This document shows, piece by piece, positions 60,275 to 64,000 of a stretch of DNA of 64,000 nt. The translations under genes and the position numbers were made by a program. Source of the DNA: an uncultured Gemmatimonadaceae bacterium (GTDB lineage: Bacteria; Gemmatimonadota; Gemmatimonadetes; Gemmatimonadales; Gemmatimonadaceae). The notes under the pieces were generated by a model, which did not search any database, had not been told where the DNA came from, and saw only the letters and a program-made list of their open reading frames with translations. The stretch is taken from the NCBI GenBank assembly GCA_963790305.1, contig CAWBOC010000008.1, positions 64,001 through 128,000 of the forward strand. Direction: 5' to 3'. Position 1 is the stretch's first letter. Each line of letters opens with the position of its first letter.

Positions 60275-61060
60275 GTGACCGCCACCCAAACCGCGACCTG
60301 CCCCGCCTGCGGCGCCTCCGCGAGCGGACGCTTCTGCTCCACGTGCGGCTACGCCCTCGAGGGCGCGCAATGCGCCGCGTGCAAGGGAGCGCTCGTCGCC
60401 GGTGCGCGGTTCTGCCATCGCTGCGGCTCCCCGACCGGCGCGGCGGTCGCTGGCGGGGTCGCGAGCGGTCGTCCATCGCAAGGCTCGCTCGTGCCGTGGG
60501 CCGTCGCCGGGTTTGCCTTCCTTGCATTGATTGCGCTGGTGCTCACGCGAAGCGCGCGCTCCGATGCGGGAACCAGCCAGGCAGTCGCGACCCCACTCGG
60601 CTCTCCAACCGGCGTGATGCGCGGGCCCGATCTCTCCACCATGTCGCCGCGCGAGCGCGCCGACCGTCTCTTCAACCGCGTGATGTCGTACCAGGAGCGC
60701 GGCGTCACCGACAGCGTCCAGTTCTTCGCCGACATGGGCATCCGCGCCTTTCAAATGCTTCCCTCGCTCGATCACGACGCCCGCTACGACATGGGCCGCA
60801 TCGCCGAAGCCGCCGGCAGCGCCTCGCTCGCCAAGGCGCAAGCCGACACGATCCTCCGCGAATCGCCCACGCACCTTCTCGGCCTCGCGCTTGCCGCCCG
60901 CGCGGCGCGCCTAACGAACGATCAGGCCTCGGCACGTACCTTCGATCGCCGGCTCGTCGCCGCGGAGGCCGCCGAGCGTCGCAAGAGCCTGCCGGAGTAC
61001 GAGCGTCACGCCACGGATATCGACGAGGCATTGCGCATCGCGCGGCGGCAGTCTCCGTAA
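60275..61060 (+). CDS. Double zinc-ribbon membrane protein with TPR-like C-terminus
   Basis: CPAC, CSTC, CAAC, CHRC; one TM; helical tail. Confidence 0.75.
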   Translation: MTATQTATCPACGASASGRFCSTCGYALEGAQCAACKGALVAGARFCHRCGSPTGAAVAGGVASGRPSQGSLVPWAVAGFAFLALIALVLTRSARSDAGTSQAVATPLGSPTGVMRGPDLSTMSPRERADRLFNRVMSYQERGVTDSVQFFADMGIRAFQMLPSLDHDARYDMGRIAEAAGSASLAKAQADTILRESPTHLLGLALAARAARLTNDQASARTFDRRLVAAEAAERRKSLPEYERHATDIDEALRIARRQSP

Positions 61061-61076
61061 ACCCCTGAATCTCCCG

Positions 61077-61758
61077 GTGTCGTCCGCGTCCTCCGCCGTT
61101 GAGCTGACAGGCATCGCCCGGCGCTTCGGGAGCCGCTGGGTGCTCAGGGGTGCCGATCTGCTGGTTGGCCGGGGTGAAACGGTCGCCATCCTCGGGAGAA
61201 ATGGAAGTGGCAAGACGACGTTGCTGCGCATCGTCGCCACGCTGCTGCCGCTCGAGTCGTGGGACGGGCACCGTCTTCGGCCACGATCTCTCACGCGACG
61301 CGGACTCGGTGCGGAGTCGCATCGGCCTGCTCGGTCACAGCAACGCCGTCTACCCTGACCTGACCGCGGCGGAGAATCTGGGATTCACCCTGCGAATGCT
61401 CGGACGCCCATTCGATCCGCGCTCGGTCGACGCCACCCTCGATGCCGTCGGGCTGGGGCCGCAGGCAAACACCCGTACTCGCGGCTTCTCCGCGGGCATG
61501 CAGCGTCGCCTCGCGCTCGCGCGGCTCAGAGTCATCGGGCCCTAGCTGTTGCTCCTCGACGAGCCCTACTCGAGTCTCGATCCGGAAGGCGTTGACCTGA
61601 TCACCGCGCTGATCTCGGACACGAGGAGCGCGGGCGGAGCCGCGATCCTCATCACGCATGACATCTCGCGCGCCGCGAGCGATCGCGGACCGCGTGGTCG
61701 TGCTCGACGATGGACGAATCGCCCCCTGGATGCGACTGGCGACGGGGTGGCCGAGTGA
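61077..61758 (+). CDS. ccmA: Heme exporter ATPase CcmA; frameshifts and an in-frame TAG at 61543
   Basis: [22 protein letters not shown]; first gene of the ccm cluster. Confidence 0.82.
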
Positions 61759-62447
61759 GCATCCACCTCGCCTGTGCACTCTCGCGCGTGATGGCGGTCG
61801 CGTGGAAGGACCTAACGACCGAGCGTCGGAGCAAGGCCGGATTCAATGGCGTGGTCTTCATGGCGGCCATCACGCTTCTCATGTTCGGATTCGCGCTGGG
61901 GCCGGATCCCGCCGCGCTGCGGACGGCGGCGGCCGGTCTGCTGTGGCTCACCGTACTCTTGAGCGGCGTGCTGGCGTTCAACCGCTCGTACGAGCTCGAG
62001 ATCGAAGCTGGCGCGCTCGACGCGCTGTTGCTGTATCCCGGCGGCCGCTGGCCCATCTTCGCCGGGAAGCTGCTGGCCAACCTCGCGTTCGTCCTCCTGG
62101 TCGAGGTGATCACCGTCCCGATCGCGGGCGTACTGTACGACCTGCCATTGCTGACGCCACTCCCGGGGCTCGCCGGGGTATTGTTCCTTGGGACGCTCGG
62201 CTTCGTCACGCTCGGGACGTACTATGCGGCAATGGCCAGCCGCGTCCGTGCACGCGAGGTGCTGCTTCCACTGCTGCTCTTTCCCATGCTCGTCCCGCTC
62301 CTGGTGGCCGCCGTCGGCGCGACAAAAGCGGTGCTGGCGGGCGACCCCATGGGGTACGGCGGGGCGTGGATCAGGCTGCTGGCGGCTTTCGATATTGTTT
62401 TCCTGGCCGCAACGTTCATGACCTTCGACTACGTGATCGGCGAATGA
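61755..62447 (+). CDS. ccmB: Heme exporter permease CcmB
   Basis: WKDL..E.R; LLPLLLFP. Confidence 0.88.
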   Translation: MSIHLACALSRVMAVAWKDLTTERRSKAGFNGVVFMAAITLLMFGFALGPDPAALRTAAAGLLWLTVLLSGVLAFNRSYELEIEAGALDALLLYPGGRWPIFAGKLLANLAFVLLVEVITVPIAGVLYDLPLLTPLPGLAGVLFLGTLGFVTLGTYYAAMASRVRAREVLLPLLLFPMLVPLLVAAVGATKAVLAGDPMGYGGAWIRLLAAFDIVFLAATFMTFDYVIGE

Positions 62448-63184
62448 CGCACACGATGGAGCCGGGTGAGCACGGCCGACTGCGCCACGAGCGAAGGCAT
62501 CGACGGCGCTGATCGGCGCGCTCGTCGTGCTGGCAGCCGTCGCCGCGGCGCAGGCGTTCGGCGTCCTCACATCGCCGCCCGATCGCGACATGGGGCATCT
62601 GCAGAAGATCATGTACGTGCACGTGCCGGCGGCATGGAACGCCTTTCTCGCGTTCGTCGTCGTGCTCGTCGGGAGCGTGATGTATCTCTGGAAGCGCGAG
62701 GAGAAATGGGACCTGCTCGCCGCCTCCGCGGCCGAGGTGGCGGCCGTGCTCACCGCGCTGACGATCGCGCTCGGCTCGATCTGGGGACGCCCGACGTGGG
62801 GAGTGTGGTGGACGTGGGATCCGCGCCTGACGTCGACCGCCATTCTGCTCGTCATCATCGTCGGCTATCTCGCGTTGCGGAGCTTCGTCGATGAGCCGGA
62901 GCGCCGAGCGCGATGGAGCGCGGCGTTGGCATCCTCGGCGCGCTCAACGTTCCGATCGTGTACATGTCGGTGCGCTGGTGGCGAACGCTGCACCAGCCGC
63001 AGTCGTCGCCCGAGCACCGTCGATCCCGCCTATGCGTGGGGATTGCGACTCAATGCGATCGCGTTTCTCTTGGTGCATGATCTGGCTCGTGCGCACGCGG
63101 TACCGTGCCGCGCGCCTCGAGCGCGTTGCGGAGCTGGCCGCCGAGCGCGAGGCGCTCGGCGGGAGGAGTCATGCATGCGGCTGA
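62444..63184 (+). CDS. ccmC: Heme chaperone-loading protein CcmC; frameshifts
   Basis: YVHVP; WGRPTWGVWWTWDPRLT (WWD motif). Confidence 0.88.
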
Positions 63185-63313
63185 GCGGTACATCTACGCC
63201 GCCTACGGTCTCACCTGGGTGGTGCTGATCGTGTTCACCGTGGCGACGGTGCGTCGCGTGCGCCGCGCGCAGCGGGCGGCGCGCGCGGTCGCGCTGAGGG
63301 AGACGAGCTATGA
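63171..63313 (+). CDS. ccmD: CcmD-like small membrane protein
   Basis: YIYAAYGLTWVVL followed by a basic tail, between ccmC and ccmE; stop uncertain. Confidence 0.6.
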
Positions 63314-63766
63314 GCACGGCGCGGGCCGACGGGTCGGGCATGGCGATCGCGGCCGCGGCGATCCTCGGGAACGTTCGCCTATCTCGTGTACGGCGGGATC
63401 GGCGAGAACCTCGTGTATTTCCTCACCCCCGAGGAGCTCGTGGCGCGAGGCGACCGCGGCGTACGACGTCCCCGTGCGGCTCGGGGGACAGGTCGTCCCC
63501 GGGTCGGTGGTGTGGAATGCCGAGGCGGTGGACCTGCGATTCGCGATCAGCGACGGCGCGAAGACGGTGCCGGTGCACTCGAGCGGCGCGCCACCGCAGA
63601 TGTTCCGCGACGGCATCGGCGTCGTCGTCGAAGGGCGCTACCACCGCGCCGGCGTCTTCGAGTCGACGAGCGTGATGGTGAAGCACTCGAACGAGTATCG
63701 CGCGCCGAAGCCGGGGAGAAGCCGGCCGAGATGTACAAGAGCCTGACGACCGGGAGCGAGGAGTGA
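63310..63766 (+). CDS. ccmE: Heme chaperone CcmE; frameshifts
   Basis: NLVYFLTP, VRLGGQV, PPQMFRDG, VKHSNEY (HxxxY). Confidence 0.85.
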
Positions 63767-64000
63767 CGCGCATCCTCGGCGCAAGCGCGGTGATGGTCGC
63801 GTTCGGCGTCGCGCATCGCCGGGATGGTGATGGCGGTCGTCGGCACTCGCCTGCGGCGCGCCGGACATCGTGCGCGGGCGCGTACGCGGCCGCGTACGTC
63901 AACTTCGGCGCTGCTCGTGCTGGCCGCGCTGGCGATGGTGTGGGCGCTCGTCACGCACGACTTCAGCGTCTCGTACGTGGCGCAGGTCGGAAGCCGCTCG
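63763..64000 (+). CDS. ccmF: Cytochrome c maturation protein CcmF, N-terminal part
   Basis: ALVTHDFSVSYVAQVGS; follows ccmE; cut by the window edge. Confidence 0.8.
   Translation, partial: MTRILGASAVMVAFGVAHRRDGDGGRRHSPAARRTSCAGAYAAAYVNFGAARAGRAGDGVGARHARLQRLVRGAGRKPL

Noticed and set aside
61543..61545. In-frame TAG in ccmA as pyrrolysine or stop recoding
   Set aside because: It is isolated, lies in an error-rich region and no pyl genes are seen; TAG ends many other genes here
1..64000. tRNA, rRNA, integrase or transposase marking the island as mobile
   Set aside because: None was recognised, and I saw no obvious compositional shift by eye

Overview
High-GC bacterial DNA. Gene content and style suggest Gemmatimonadota, but this is inference only. 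Scattered single-base frameshifts in otherwise intact genes look like long-read consensus errors. The left ~25 kb is mostly housekeeping and accessory genes: a NemR-like TetR with an ECF sigma, a DEAH helicase, a degenerate GGDEF protein, pfkA, an M1 aminopeptidase, an RhlE-like helicase and an aconitase-family fusion. It also hides a SelW/Rdx-family selenoprotein (CxxU with a SECIS-like hairpin) that the ORF track misses. From ~25 kb to the end is a low-oxygen and nitrogen-oxide respiration island. It carries a clade II nosZ cluster with a NosB-like/NosD fusion, nosF, nosY and a cupredoxin, then a NirK-like enzyme, a two-domain multicopper oxidase, nrfHA (CxxCH-type NrfA) and ccmABCDEF. These sit among genes from the same families as the mycobacterial DosR regulon (USPs, CBS protein, SulP, CtpF-like ATPase, PRTase, PPOx-like protein, DosS-like GAF kinase, NarL-type regulator). 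A 15-bp palindrome, TCAGGG-N3-CCCTGA, recurs upstream of most transcription units in the island and suggests one regulon. About 17 intergenic palindromes built from 7- or 9-nt tandem units are spread across the window.
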